Shown in pieces: positions 8,759 through 19,769 of a stretch of DNA of 64,000 bases. The stretch is taken from assembly GCA_958443615.1 (NCBI GenBank), contig CAUCLI010000009.1:366-64365 (forward strand), given 5' to 3'. The stretch is from an uncultured Collinsella sp. GTDB taxonomy: Bacteria > Actinomycetota > Coriobacteriia > Coriobacteriales > Coriobacteriaceae. The notes under the pieces were generated by a model that was given only the letters and a program-made list of their open reading frames with translations, was not told the DNA's origin and did no database searches. A program made the translations under genes and the position numbers. Position 1 is the first letter of the stretch. Every line of letters starts with the position of its first letter.

Positions 8759-11191
8759 CTACAGCCCGTAATAGATGCTGTCGGGATCGAGGTTGGGATT
8801 GGAATACGGGTCCCCTTCGAGGAAGGGCTCGGGCCAGCGGGTCGTGAACAGCGCCTGCTCGCGCTTCCAGCGCTCGAGCTTGACGGCGTCCGCCGCCTCC
8901 CTGCCCCGCGAGACGAACTCGTAATGGAACAACTCGGCATAGGGCGTGAACGTGACGAGACGGCCGGTCTCGCGCACGCGGAAGCAGAAATCCACATCGT
9001 TGAAACCGACGGCAAATGCCTCATCGTAGCCGCCGACCACGTCGAACACGCTCTTTCGCACCATCTGGCACGCACCGGTGACCGCCGAGAAGTTCCCCGG
9101 ACGGACGGCTCGCGAAAGATAGCCCTCGCGCGCCGGCTCGAAATCCTGGTTGGGGTGGCAGACGGTCCCATGGGGACCCACCAGAATACCCGCATGCTGC
9201 GTGAGGCCGTCGCGGAAGTACAGCTTGGCACCTACGACGCCGACTTCGGGCCGCTGAAGGTAGCCGAGCATCTCCGCCATGAAGTCGGGCGACCTGACCT
9301 CGGTGTCGTTATTGAGCAGCAGGAGGTACTCCCCCGCCGCGGCAGCGGCGCCCAAGTTGATCAGGCGCGAGTAGTTGAAACCCTCCACCGCATCGGAGAC
9401 GTCGAGCACGCGGAAGGCGGGGCCATACGCTTCAGACAGCTCACCATAAAGGTCGCGGGTCTCGGGCTCGACGCTATGGTTCTCAACCACGATGACCTCG
9501 AATGCGCGATATGTGGAGCGCTCAAACAACGAGCCGACGCACGCGCGAAGCACATCGGCATGATCGCGCGAGGGGATGATCACACTCACGAGCGGCGCGG
9601 GTTCGGGCAGCTCGTAGCGCACCCGGTACACGAACGGCTGCAAAGCATCCTCGGCCCGCGCACAGACACCACGCGACGCCATATGACGCTCAAGCGCCAG
9701 GCGACCCGCCTCGATCGCGTAGGGCTTGCTCCCCACATTGTCCCCGCTCGTGGAGCCGGCATGCTCGCGCCAGTGATAGAGCACGCGCGGGATGTGCGTG
9801 AAGCGAGCCCCTGCCGCCAGCGCGCGCAACGTGAGGTCGTAATCCTGAGCGCCCGCCACATCCTCGGGGGACATTCCGATGCGGTCGATCAACTCTCGCG
9901 ACACGCACAGGAAATGCGTCACGCAGTTGTGGCTGTAGAGCAGGTCCACATTGAGGCGCGTCTTGAAGATGGGCTGACGCCATGCGCCCGCGACCTCGAA
10001 CAGGTCTTCGTCGCAATACAGGACCTCCGGCGAACATGCGGGATCCCGCACGACCTCGCGCGCGTACCAAAACAGGGCATCTGGCTCGAGAAGATCGTCA
10101 TGATCGAGGAAAGCGATGTAGTCCCCCCGGGCGACGTCGATGCCCAAGTTCGTGTTGCCCACGATACCCGCATTCCCGGCGATCGGGACCACGCGGATTC
10201 GCTCATCCCCCGCCGCCATCGCACTCGCCGCGACCACGCCGTCGGCGGGAGTCGAGTCCACGAGGACGAGCTCCCACGCGCGATAGCTCTGCGATACGAC
10301 GGATTCGATGAGCTCCGATAAGAACCGCCCGTTTGATCGAAAGCACGGGACGACGATGCTGAACAGCGGTTCGCGATCGAATCGGTGCGCGCGTTGGACC
10401 TCCAAGTCCCCGCGGTGCGCGCGGTGCTCCTCGAACCACGCGGCGTAGCGCCGGTCATCGGCACGGGCATCGCGCATGTGCTCCCAGGACTCATGCTCGC
10501 GAAAGCGCCAGAAGCTCTCGTCGCAACTGCAGAAGCCGGGTGCCGCGAGGCCGGCCTCATCTTTTACGGAAAGGGCGAACTCACGGCAGGTGCAAGGCAG
10601 CCGCAATGAGTAGAAAAATCTGTTCAGATGCCCGCCACATGCCGATTCCACGCCAATCTGCCGTTCGAACTCATATTGCTCGAACGCGATCGGGGCGCCC
10701 TGCGCATCGATCATCGAAAGACGCGGGCGCACATCCTCGGCGCCGTCCCATGTGACGCACACACGCCACACGTCGCCTTGCTCCCCCACCATGAGACGGT
10801 CGAGCGAGGGACGCAGCCGACCTTTGACCCAGGAGGCCTGGATGCGCTCGACGCCCAGGCTGCGCCCCTTGTGGCGGGCGCGCTGGACCAGGTGGCGGGC
10901 GGGGGACTCAAAGCGGGCACGGGCGCAGGAGACGCGCATGTCCGCATAGGCACCGCCCACTGACACACGCACATCGAAAACCGCCTTCTCAAAATACGGC
11001 AGCACGAGAACCCAGGCGCGCGCGTCGTGAACGTGCTCCGCGGGATAGACTTCAGCGGGAATCTCGGCCTCGCCGCGGCGAGCGGAAACCACAGGCCACA
11101 CGTCATCTTCGAGGACGGGCGCGTCCTCAATATCGATATGGCAATACAGGCGCCCGTCGGATCGGGCCATCATGCGATTGCGCACGCGCAT
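8759..11191 (-). CDS. multidomain glycosyltransferase with two tandem GT2 domains and a ~270-aa N-terminal domain of unknown function
   Basis: 810 aa. First GT2 start LFSIVVPCFRSNGRFLSELIESVVSQSY..LVLVDS and DHDD. Second GT2 start LVSVIIPSRDHADVLRACVGS..FEVIVVENHS and NNDTEV. Paralog of 21660..24074. Confidence 0.8.
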   Translation of the reverse strand: MRVRNRMMARSDGRLYCHIDIEDAPVLEDDVWPVVSARRGEAEIPAEVYPAEHVHDARAWVLVLPYFEKAVFDVRVSVGGAYADMRVSCARARFESPARHLVQRARHKGRSLGVERIQASWVKGRLRPSLDRLMVGEQGDVWRVCVTWDGAEDVRPRLSMIDAQGAPIAFEQYEFERQIGVESACGGHLNRFFYSLRLPCTCREFALSVKDEAGLAAPGFCSCDESFWRFREHESWEHMRDARADDRRYAAWFEEHRAHRGDLEVQRAHRFDREPLFSIVVPCFRSNGRFLSELIESVVSQSYRAWELVLVDSTPADGVVAASAMAAGDERIRVVPIAGNAGIVGNTNLGIDVARGDYIAFLDHDDLLEPDALFWYAREVVRDPACSPEVLYCDEDLFEVAGAWRQPIFKTRLNVDLLYSHNCVTHFLCVSRELIDRIGMSPEDVAGAQDYDLTLRALAAGARFTHIPRVLYHWREHAGSTSGDNVGSKPYAIEAGRLALERHMASRGVCARAEDALQPFVYRVRYELPEPAPLVSVIIPSRDHADVLRACVGSLFERSTYRAFEVIVVENHSVEPETRDLYGELSEAYGPAFRVLDVSDAVEGFNYSRLINLGAAAAAGEYLLLLNNDTEVRSPDFMAEMLGYLQRPEVGVVGAKLYFRDGLTQHAGILVGPHGTVCHPNQDFEPAREGYLSRAVRPGNFSAVTGACQMVRKSVFDVVGGYDEAFAVGFNDVDFCFRVRETGRLVTFTPYAELFHYEFVSRGREAADAVKLERWKREQALFTTRWPEPFLEGDPYSNPNLDPDSIYYGL

Positions 11192-11194
11192 GGG

Positions 11195-12241
11195 CTACCT
11201 CCCCCTCTTGAGCAGCTTGCCCAGAACGGCCCTGCGGCCATGCTGCTGCGCGAAATAATCCAACGCGAGCTTAAGACGGACAGGGCGGGAGAGATCTTGG
11301 CGATAGCAGGCGCGCTGCGCCATCTTTTGAGTCACCGGAGCCAGCGGCAGTCCCGCGACATCCGTGGCTGTCCAATAGCGGCGCAGAAGGGCCTCAACGC
11401 CCCGCGCCACTTCCCGATACTCACCGTCTGAAAGCTTGAGGGCGTCATACAGCGCGAAGTCGAGCGCGAACGCCACCATCTCCGCGGGCCAGCGATCCAA
11501 AAAGCCGCCGCGTTCCCAGTCGAGGAAGATGGCATCGAGAATCTTCACATGCTCACTCATCTTGATGAAGAAGTCATCCCGCACCGTGCTCATGAGTGAA
11601 CCTGGACGAGCCAAGCGATACTCATAGAGTTTTTCCGAGCTCAGGACCGTCTTTTTCGACCGCGGGTAGATGGCGAAGTGCCACACCTGATCCTCACCGA
11701 ACTTGACCGTCTCGTCGAAGAAGAGGTCGTTGCCCAACAGAAATCCGGTCCTGCACGCAGTGCGCCATGCGAAGGGACGGGAGGCCTCTTCGAACAGGAG
11801 ATCGGGATCGAACGCGTCGAACTCGGCGTCGCGCGGGCTGAGCGCCCACTCCAACCAGGGATAGCCCTCATCCTCGGGTGTCCAGGTCGAACCGAAGGTG
11901 AGGACATCCGCCCCCGTGTTCTCAAGTATGCGGACCATCTCCTCGCACGCCCGCGCGTGAAAGCGGTCGTCCGAATCGAGGAAGCACACGTACGGGGAAC
12001 GCGCAGCGCGAATGCCGGCGTTGCGAGCCGAGGAAAGGCCCCCATTCTGCTTGTCAACAACGCAGATACGCGCATCGCGAGCGGCCCAAACATCGAGGAC
12101 GGAACGCGAGTCGTCGGTGGACCCGTCGTTCACGCAGATGATCTCGATGTCCTCAAGCGTCTGAGCCTGCAGGGACTCCATGCAGGCGTCGAGGCAGTCG
12201 GCGACGTTGTACACCGGCACGATGACCGAAATGCGGCTCAC
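11195..12241 (-). CDS. GT2 glycosyltransferase
   Basis: ISVIVPVYNVADCLDACMESLQAQTLEDIEIICVNDGSTDDS and DSDD. The likely start is the GTG at 12241, which overlaps the upstream stop as GTGA. The longer 12442 ORF would overlap the upstream gene by about 200 nt. Confidence 0.8.
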   Translation of the reverse strand: MSRISVIVPVYNVADCLDACMESLQAQTLEDIEIICVNDGSTDDSRSVLDVWAARDARICVVDKQNGGLSSARNAGIRAARSPYVCFLDSDDRFHARACEEMVRILENTGADVLTFGSTWTPEDEGYPWLEWALSPRDAEFDAFDPDLLFEEASRPFAWRTACRTGFLLGNDLFFDETVKFGEDQVWHFAIYPRSKKTVLSSEKLYEYRLARPGSLMSTVRDDFFIKMSEHVKILDAIFLDWERGGFLDRWPAEMVAFALDFALYDALKLSDGEYREVARGVEALLRRYWTATDVAGLPLAPVTQKMAQRACYRQDLSRPVRLKLALDYFAQQHGRRAVLGKLLKRGR

Positions 12242-13395
12242 AGGGCACCACCGCGCTCGTTCGTGCGGCGAATGGAGCCCTTCGAGAGCTTGCAGGCGAT
12301 CACCCGCGCCACAAGTCCGAACCCGCCGATCCGGTAGTAATGCTTGAACGTGTTGAGCTTGCCCGGCGCGATGAACGTGGCGCGATGCTCGTTGAAATCG
12401 ATGGGATCGCGCATGAGGGCCTTGAGGTCCGATGCCGCCCAAGGCTCGAACAAGTCGAAATCGAGTCGGTCCGCCGCGAGATCCCCATTGAACTCGTCGG
12501 CGATCTGGACTGCGAAGTCCTCGCGCAGCTCAGGGGCGAGGCGGTCATAATTCCACATGTAACTGTCGAATTTCATGCGCTCAAGGATACCGAACAGCAG
12601 CGCCCGGTCGCCCGCAAGCCCCTCGACGAACGTTTGCATGGAAGCGTACTCGTCGCAGACGCAGAACACCTTGGCCGCGGAGTTCACCGAGGACTTCTCG
12701 TTGTCCTGTCGGTAGTGCAGAATGGCCTGCGGGATGAACGTTGCGCGCTCGGCGCTCGCCCACACTTTGAAATTGAAGCCCGCATCCTGGTAGGACGCAC
12801 CCGGCGTCTCGAGGAAGCGAATGCCGCGCGCCCTGAGGAAGTCGACCTTGTAGAGCGCCGACCAGATCGAGGGCTTGCGGAAGAAGATGGCGACGTCGTC
12901 CAAGGGGCGCATGGTACGACCGACTTGGCGCTCATCGAGGATGCCGAATAACTCGTCACGCGGCTCGGGCTGGGACCAGTAAAGGTAGAAGTCGGCCTTG
13001 ACCACGTCAGACGCGTTGGCGCGGGCGGCGCTCACCAAAAGCTCCAAGGCGTTCGGGTCATAAAAGTCATCGGACTCGAGGATGGCGATGTAAGTACCCA
13101 CCGCGTGGTCGAGGCCGAGGTTCATCGAGGCGCCGTAGCCAGAGTTCGGCTTATCGATGACGCGAAAACGGGGGTCGGCGTCCAGATAGCGTTGGATGAT
13201 GGCGCGCGAGCCATCGGTCGATCCGTCGTTGATGCAGAGGGCCTCGAAATCCGAGAAGGTCTGAGCGAGCAGCGAATCGAGGCATTCCTCGAGATAACGC
13301 TCAACGTTGCATATGGGGACGAGCACGGAGACCGCCGGCGCGGGAATGCGCGGCTCACTCACGAACAGCTCGGTGGGTGCGTTAGACACAGGCAA
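12238..13395 (-). CDS. GT2 glycosyltransferase
   Basis: 385 aa. VSVLVPICNVERYLEECLDSLLAQTFSDFEALCINDGSTDGS and ESDD. Confidence 0.85.
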   Translation of the reverse strand: MPVSNAPTELFVSEPRIPAPAVSVLVPICNVERYLEECLDSLLAQTFSDFEALCINDGSTDGSRAIIQRYLDADPRFRVIDKPNSGYGASMNLGLDHAVGTYIAILESDDFYDPNALELLVSAARANASDVVKADFYLYWSQPEPRDELFGILDERQVGRTMRPLDDVAIFFRKPSIWSALYKVDFLRARGIRFLETPGASYQDAGFNFKVWASAERATFIPQAILHYRQDNEKSSVNSAAKVFCVCDEYASMQTFVEGLAGDRALLFGILERMKFDSYMWNYDRLAPELREDFAVQIADEFNGDLAADRLDFDLFEPWAASDLKALMRDPIDFNEHRATFIAPGKLNTFKHYYRIGGFGLVARVIACKLSKGSIRRTNERGGAL

Positions 13396-13538
13396 TCCAA
13401 CCTCACGTACCTACAGATATGACAAATCATAGCGCATATGAAAAGATGCCCATCCGCAGTCAGCGGATGGGCATCGAAGACATAGCGACGGGCGAGTCGA
13501 CCGGACGAAGCAGGGCGGTGGGACGGACCCGCGAACGC

Positions 13539-15011
13539 CTACAGCGTGGCCATGTACTCCGCGAGCTCCTCGGTCCAGTCGCGCGGCTCGAAGCCCGCGG
13601 CGCGGATCTTGGAGAGGTCGAGGTCGGAATGCCCGGGGCGCGGGGCGATGGGGCCCTCGGCGGAGGAGTAGTACTCGGCAGTTGAGACGGGCTCCACGGC
13701 CGCGCCGTTGCCGTTGGCGATGTCGAACACGCGCCCGGCGATCCCCGCCCAGGACTCCACCGGGCCGGAGCCCGTGAGGTTGTAGGTGCCGTGCGGGGCG
13801 GGGGCGCTGGGCTCCACGTCGCCGTCGCGGTAGCCGAGCAGGTGCAGGATGCCCTCCGCCATCTGGTCGGTGAAGGTGAGGCGGCCGAGCTGGTCGTCGA
13901 CGACGGTGACCTTCTCGAGGGCGTCGGAAGCGTCGGCGACGCGGTCGGAGAGCGCCCTCATCGTCTTGACGAAGTTGCGGCCGTCGCCGATGACCCAGGA
14001 GCTGCGCACGATGTAGTGCCTGGGGCAGCCGGCCACGGCCAGGTCGCCGGCGGCCTTGGACTGGCCGTAGACGGACAGCGGGCTGAGGGGCTCGCCCTCG
14101 GGGTGGTTGCCGACGGTGCCGTCGAAGACGTAGTCGGAGGACACGTGCACGAGCGCGATGCCGTGCTCGGCGCAGGTGCGGGCCATGAGGGCGGGGCCGG
14201 TAGCGTTGGCGGCCCAGCAGGTCCTGCGGCCCTCGGGCGTCTCGGCGGCGTCGACGGCGGTGTAGGCGCCGCAGTTGATCACGGCGCCGTAGAGGGACCA
14301 GTCGTACTTGGCGTAGTCCCCCGGCTCGGAGAGGTCGAACTCGTCGATGTCGCAGTAGTCGAAGCCGGGGAGCCCCCTCGCCTCGGCGGCGGCGCGCACG
14401 GCGCGGCCGAGCTGGCCGTCGCAGCCCGTGACGAGCGTGCGCCTCGGCGCCATGGGAAGGGCGTCCGCGAGCACGGGGTGGCGGTTGTCGGCCTCGGACA
14501 GCTCGCACTCGGAGAGCGGGATGGGCCACTCGATGCCGAGCTCGGGGTCGGCGAGGTTCACGAAGGTGTAGGTGGACTTCAGCTCGGCGGACCAGTGGGC
14601 GTTCACCAGGTAGGTGTAGGCGGTGCCGTCCTCGAGCGCCTGGTAGGAGTTGCCCACGCCGCGCGGCACGTAGATCGCGCGAGACGGGTCGAGCTCGCAG
14701 GTGTAGACCTCGCCGAAGGAGGCGCCGGGGCGCAGGTCGACCCACGCGCCGAACACGCGGCCGCAGGCCACGGAGATGAACTTGTCCCAGGGCTCCGCGT
14801 GGATGCCGCGGGTCACGCCCTTCTGGTCGTTGAAGGAGATGTTGTTCTGGACCGGGCCCATGTCGGGCAGGCCGAGCGCGCGCATCTTCTCGCGCTGCCA
14901 GTTCTCCTTGAACCAGCCGCGGGAGTCGCCGTGCACGGGCAGGTCGAAAACGAGCATCCCGGGGATGTTCGTCTCGGCCGCGGTCAGTTCCTTCTCGAAT
15001 TCGAGCGCCAT
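13539..15011 (-). CDS. rfbC-rfbD: fused dTDP-4-dehydrorhamnose 3,5-epimerase / dTDP-4-dehydrorhamnose reductase
   Basis: N-terminal half has the RmlC signature (GDSRGWFKENW, GIHAEPWDKF). C-terminal half has the RmlD signature (TLVTGCDGQLG Rossmann motif, SSDYVFDG, YGQSKAAGD). The ATG at 15011 has an upstream AGAAAGG. An alternative ATG is at 15029. Confidence 0.9.
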   Translation of the reverse strand: MALEFEKELTAAETNIPGMLVFDLPVHGDSRGWFKENWQREKMRALGLPDMGPVQNNISFNDQKGVTRGIHAEPWDKFISVACGRVFGAWVDLRPGASFGEVYTCELDPSRAIYVPRGVGNSYQALEDGTAYTYLVNAHWSAELKSTYTFVNLADPELGIEWPIPLSECELSEADNRHPVLADALPMAPRRTLVTGCDGQLGRAVRAAAEARGLPGFDYCDIDEFDLSEPGDYAKYDWSLYGAVINCGAYTAVDAAETPEGRRTCWAANATGPALMARTCAEHGIALVHVSSDYVFDGTVGNHPEGEPLSPLSVYGQSKAAGDLAVAGCPRHYIVRSSWVIGDGRNFVKTMRALSDRVADASDALEKVTVVDDQLGRLTFTDQMAEGILHLLGYRDGDVEPSAPAPHGTYNLTGSGPVESWAGIAGRVFDIANGNGAAVEPVSTAEYYSSAEGPIAPRPGHSDLDLSKIRAAGFEPRDWTEELAEYMATL

Positions 15012-15111
15012 GGAGGCCGCCTTTCTCATGGGGATGGCCGCGCCCCCGGCTCTCCCCCGCCGCTCGCGGTCGGGGGCGGGGTCGCGGGGCGCGGCCGCGC
15101 TTGCGATGCTC

Positions 15112-16580
<1,469 letters not shown>

Positions 16581-16588
<8 letters not shown>

Positions 16589-16946
16589 GTATCTTCACCC
16601 CGTCCCTAGTTGCAGAATCGCGGAACTGACGCGACTGGCCATCGAGTGTAGAAACCACATCGACTCCCCTGCCTGTGGCGTATTCCAAAGCAACACGGAC
16701 GTCCTCAACGTCTCCCGCACGAGCCGATGGCGAGAACGAAATGAGGAAGTCCAAGTCGCTTTTGTCGGTTTGCTCGCCTCGGGCGAACGAGCCAAACAGA
16801 GCCGCCGCCGTCACGGGAAACAGAGCCAGAACTCGACGAGCGACGGCAATTGCCTCGCGGCGCGTGAGCACTGAACGGTAACCCGGCACATCGCGGGCGA
16901 CATCATCAATCGATTTCTTGAGAATGGCATCGACCTTATCGCTCAT
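16581..16946 (-). CDS. mntA: MntA-like minimal nucleotidyltransferase antitoxin
   Basis: 121 aa. NTase motif LFGSFARGEQTDKSDLDFLI (GSxxRG...DxD). Confidence 0.8.
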
Positions 16947-17221
16947 GTCGAAATCACCCTCTCAATATCCCATACCAGTCAACTCAATTGTACCGAACGA
17001 CCTACTGGATGCTTCTGCAAGCAATCAACGCCATAACCTTATCAGCATTTTGAACCAGCCTATATGCATCGGTGAGATTGCCCTTCGCATAAGCGAGGGC
17101 GGTGCCCCTGGCAATTGAAGTCGATTTCATGATGCACATATCTTAGCGCTAAGAGCAAACAGATGCTCACATGCCATCGCCGGTCGATTGGACTCCTGTG
17201 CACTGTCACGCGCATAGGGCG

Positions 17222-18514
17222 TTACGACCTCAACTCACGCACAACAGCAGAAAGCACCCGTCGCATTTTGGAACCACGCGGCAACAGAGCGTTAAGCACC
17301 CTGCGCGGAAAGACCGACTCGCGCGCCATTTTGATTTCGAGTCGCTCACGAACCTCTCGATCCCGTGCGGTGCGATGGTCATCGATCTGGCGCAGAAGCT
17401 CGATAAGAATCGAAGTCTTTTCGTCATGGCGGAAGGCTACATCCGAAGCCTCCATCAGCGGCTCGAACACCGAGCGCCATCGGATGAGGGTCATGTCGTC
17501 AAGACGCGAGCAATCCTCGAGTACCCATCGCGCTCGACCCATAAGCGGGGCGACCAGAGCATGCAGCACGGATCCGACACCCCATGTGTCAACCAGAGCC
17601 GGAATCACATCAAGTTGATCGCCAAGAGACAGCCTAGTCACCCATTCATTCGAAATCGTGAGGAGACATCTCTCTTCCAGCCAGCAGGCATATCGAGCCA
17701 GTGAATCCATGCAGGAGTCGCTCACATATGCCTGAACGCACTCAACGAGCACCTTGATCTCGCGCTGACGTTGCTCAAATGAGTCACGCGACATGGACCC
17801 ATAGCCAGATCGTCCTGCCCCAAAATAATACTTGAGCATATGAATATCGGTGCAGTTGATCAATCGCCTTGCCCTCGATGCGAGAACGAAGAATTCATAG
17901 GCGTCTTCCATGTATCCAAGACGCTCAGACACCATCGTTTTCCAAGCCGCCCTACAGAAATCCCCGTTGTAGGCACATACCGTGACGCTCCACGTATCCT
18001 GTTGTTCGCAGTCGTCGCTAAACGATCGAGCGAGTATATCAGCGCCCTCCGACACTCCGCGAGAAGCATTAAAGACAGAAGCCGTTGACGCCGCAGATGC
18101 TTTATTTTTATCACCGCACGCGACAACATCGATTCCGAAACGGTATATATCCGCTTCATGCGATTGCATAAACGGCAGCGCGACATCACAAAATACAGCG
18201 CTGACCTCATCGTCGCCATCCACGAAATACACGTAGCGACCACTTGAAAGTTCAACGCCTGTTCGCCGCGCCAGATGAGGACCCTCGTTACGGCACTTGC
18301 TTATCACGCGAAAACGAGGGTCGTCTTCAACAGCGGAATTAATGGCTGTCAGAGTCCCATCGCTGCTCGCATCATCGACAACAATCACTTCAGACACTGT
18401 TGACAGTTGTGCCCGCAGACCGCATAGACACCGCGCAATCGAATCCTCGACATTGTAGGCAATGACAACAAAGGAGAGCAGCGGAACGGCATTCACTCGA
18501 GGCGGCGTCTTCAT
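17222..18514 (-). CDS. GT2 glycosyltransferase with ~200-aa C-terminal extension
   Basis: LSFVVIAYNVEDSIARCLCGLRAQ..VIVVDDASSDGT and VDGDD. Visibly lower GC than the rml genes. Confidence 0.8.
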   Translation of the reverse strand: MKTPPRVNAVPLLSFVVIAYNVEDSIARCLCGLRAQLSTVSEVIVVDDASSDGTLTAINSAVEDDPRFRVISKCRNEGPHLARRTGVELSSGRYVYFVDGDDEVSAVFCDVALPFMQSHEADIYRFGIDVVACGDKNKASAASTASVFNASRGVSEGADILARSFSDDCEQQDTWSVTVCAYNGDFCRAAWKTMVSERLGYMEDAYEFFVLASRARRLINCTDIHMLKYYFGAGRSGYGSMSRDSFEQRQREIKVLVECVQAYVSDSCMDSLARYACWLEERCLLTISNEWVTRLSLGDQLDVIPALVDTWGVGSVLHALVAPLMGRARWVLEDCSRLDDMTLIRWRSVFEPLMEASDVAFRHDEKTSILIELLRQIDDHRTARDREVRERLEIKMARESVFPRRVLNALLPRGSKMRRVLSAVVRELRS

Positions 18515-18539
18515 ATGGCGCGGAACCCCTCTCTCGCTT

Positions 18540-19769
18540 CTAATAATCCAAACCCAAATAATCCGCCTTGAGAGCGACCTCGCTTAACAGGGCATAATTG
18601 TTCTGTCTGTCGGTACGAATGGCAAAGAAACAGCTGTTCTGCTCGTTGGTGAAGGCAAGCATCTCAGTCTCCTCATCTTCCGTTGTCGATGAGTCAACGC
18701 GGACCGTGGCGAACAACTTGTATTGTCCGCTGTTAAACATGGAAACGGGAAGGGAAATCCGAAGCCTATGGCGACCGGGCGTTTTTATTGGAATACTGCC
18801 AGAATCGAACGGAATACCTCCGCGCTGCGTGTCATTAAGGCAGAATGCAAGGTAAAAAGGTCTAGAGCCGCGATAATCGTATTCAATATCAAAAACAAAC
18901 GGCTCCTGTCCCGTTATGAGGAGTTCAGACACGGGATTGATGCGCAAGAATGGGACCTCTTCGTTAAGGCCTAAAGCAAGCTCATTGCCGTGACCGCCGC
19001 CCTTCTCCTCCCGCTTAAGATTTTCAAGCGTGTAACGATCGGCCACATCGTCTTTGTCTCCGGAGACGACAATCTCACCGTCTTTGATGAGGATTGCCTT
19101 GTTGCAGTATTTCTTCACGGCATCCATGCTGTGGGTAACGAGGATGACCGTTTTGCTGGGATCCTGCTTGATCCGAGCAAAAAAGCTATCGCACTTGCGC
19201 TGGAACGCCTCGTCACCCACGGCCAGCACCTCATCAAGCACGAGGATGTCGCCGCGCGCCTGAATGGCGACGGAGAATGCCAAACGGACCTGCATGCCGG
19301 AAGAATAATTCTTCAGCTTCTGGTCCATGAAATCCTCGAGTTCGGCGAACTCGACAATGTCGTCGTACATCTCGTCGATCTCAGCGCGGGAAAACCCAAG
19401 CAGAGCTCCGTTCAGATAGACGTTCTCGCGACCCGTGAGCTCGGGATTAAAGCCAACGCCGAGCTCGATAAAGGGCACGAGCTTGCCATCGACCGTGATG
19501 GAGCCCCGCTCGGGAACGTAAATCTGGGAGATGAGCTTGAGAAGCGTCGACTTGCCGCTGCCGTTACGACCAACGATACCGAAGAAATCGCCCTGGTGAA
19601 CCTCAAAAGAAACACCCTTGAGCACCTGCTGCTCTCGATAACCCTTGATACCCTTGGTCCAGTTGATGAGGAGCTGCTTGAGGCCGGAAGCCTGCTCGGT
19701 GGGAAGGCGAAAGGATTTCTCGACATTCTCGACCTTGAGCACAACTTTGCTGTTCTCCGTCGAAGCCAT
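18540..19769 (-). CDS. polysaccharide/teichoic-acid export ABC transporter ATP-binding protein (Wzt/TagH/RgpD-like) with C-terminal extra domain
   Basis: Walker A GRNGSGKST, signature YSSGMQVRLAF, Walker B ILVLDEVLAVGD. A ~160-aa C-terminal domain follows. The start shares one nucleotide with the permease stop (TAATG). Confidence 0.88.
   Translation of the reverse strand: MASTENSKVVLKVENVEKSFRLPTEQASGLKQLLINWTKGIKGYREQQVLKGVSFEVHQGDFFGIVGRNGSGKSTLLKLISQIYVPERGSITVDGKLVPFIELGVGFNPELTGRENVYLNGALLGFSRAEIDEMYDDIVEFAELEDFMDQKLKNYSSGMQVRLAFSVAIQARGDILVLDEVLAVGDEAFQRKCDSFFARIKQDPSKTVILVTHSMDAVKKYCNKAILIKDGEIVVSGDKDDVADRYTLENLKREEKGGGHGNELALGLNEEVPFLRINPVSELLITGQEPFVFDIEYDYRGSRPFYLAFCLNDTQRGGIPFDSGSIPIKTPGRHRLRISLPVSMFNSGQYKLFATVRVDSSTTEDEETEMLAFTNEQNSCFFAIRTDRQNNYALLSEVALKADYLGLDY

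Noticed and set aside
8330-10321. 663-aa plus-strand ORF overlapping the GT-C and dual-GT2 genes
   Set aside because: It has no motifs, is antisense to two genes with clear GT2 signatures, and has a composition-driven open frame.
17002-17130. 42-codon minus-strand ORF just upstream of mntA
   Set aside because: It is too short and has no motif or RBS I can defend. It is mentioned under the TA finding only as a possibility.
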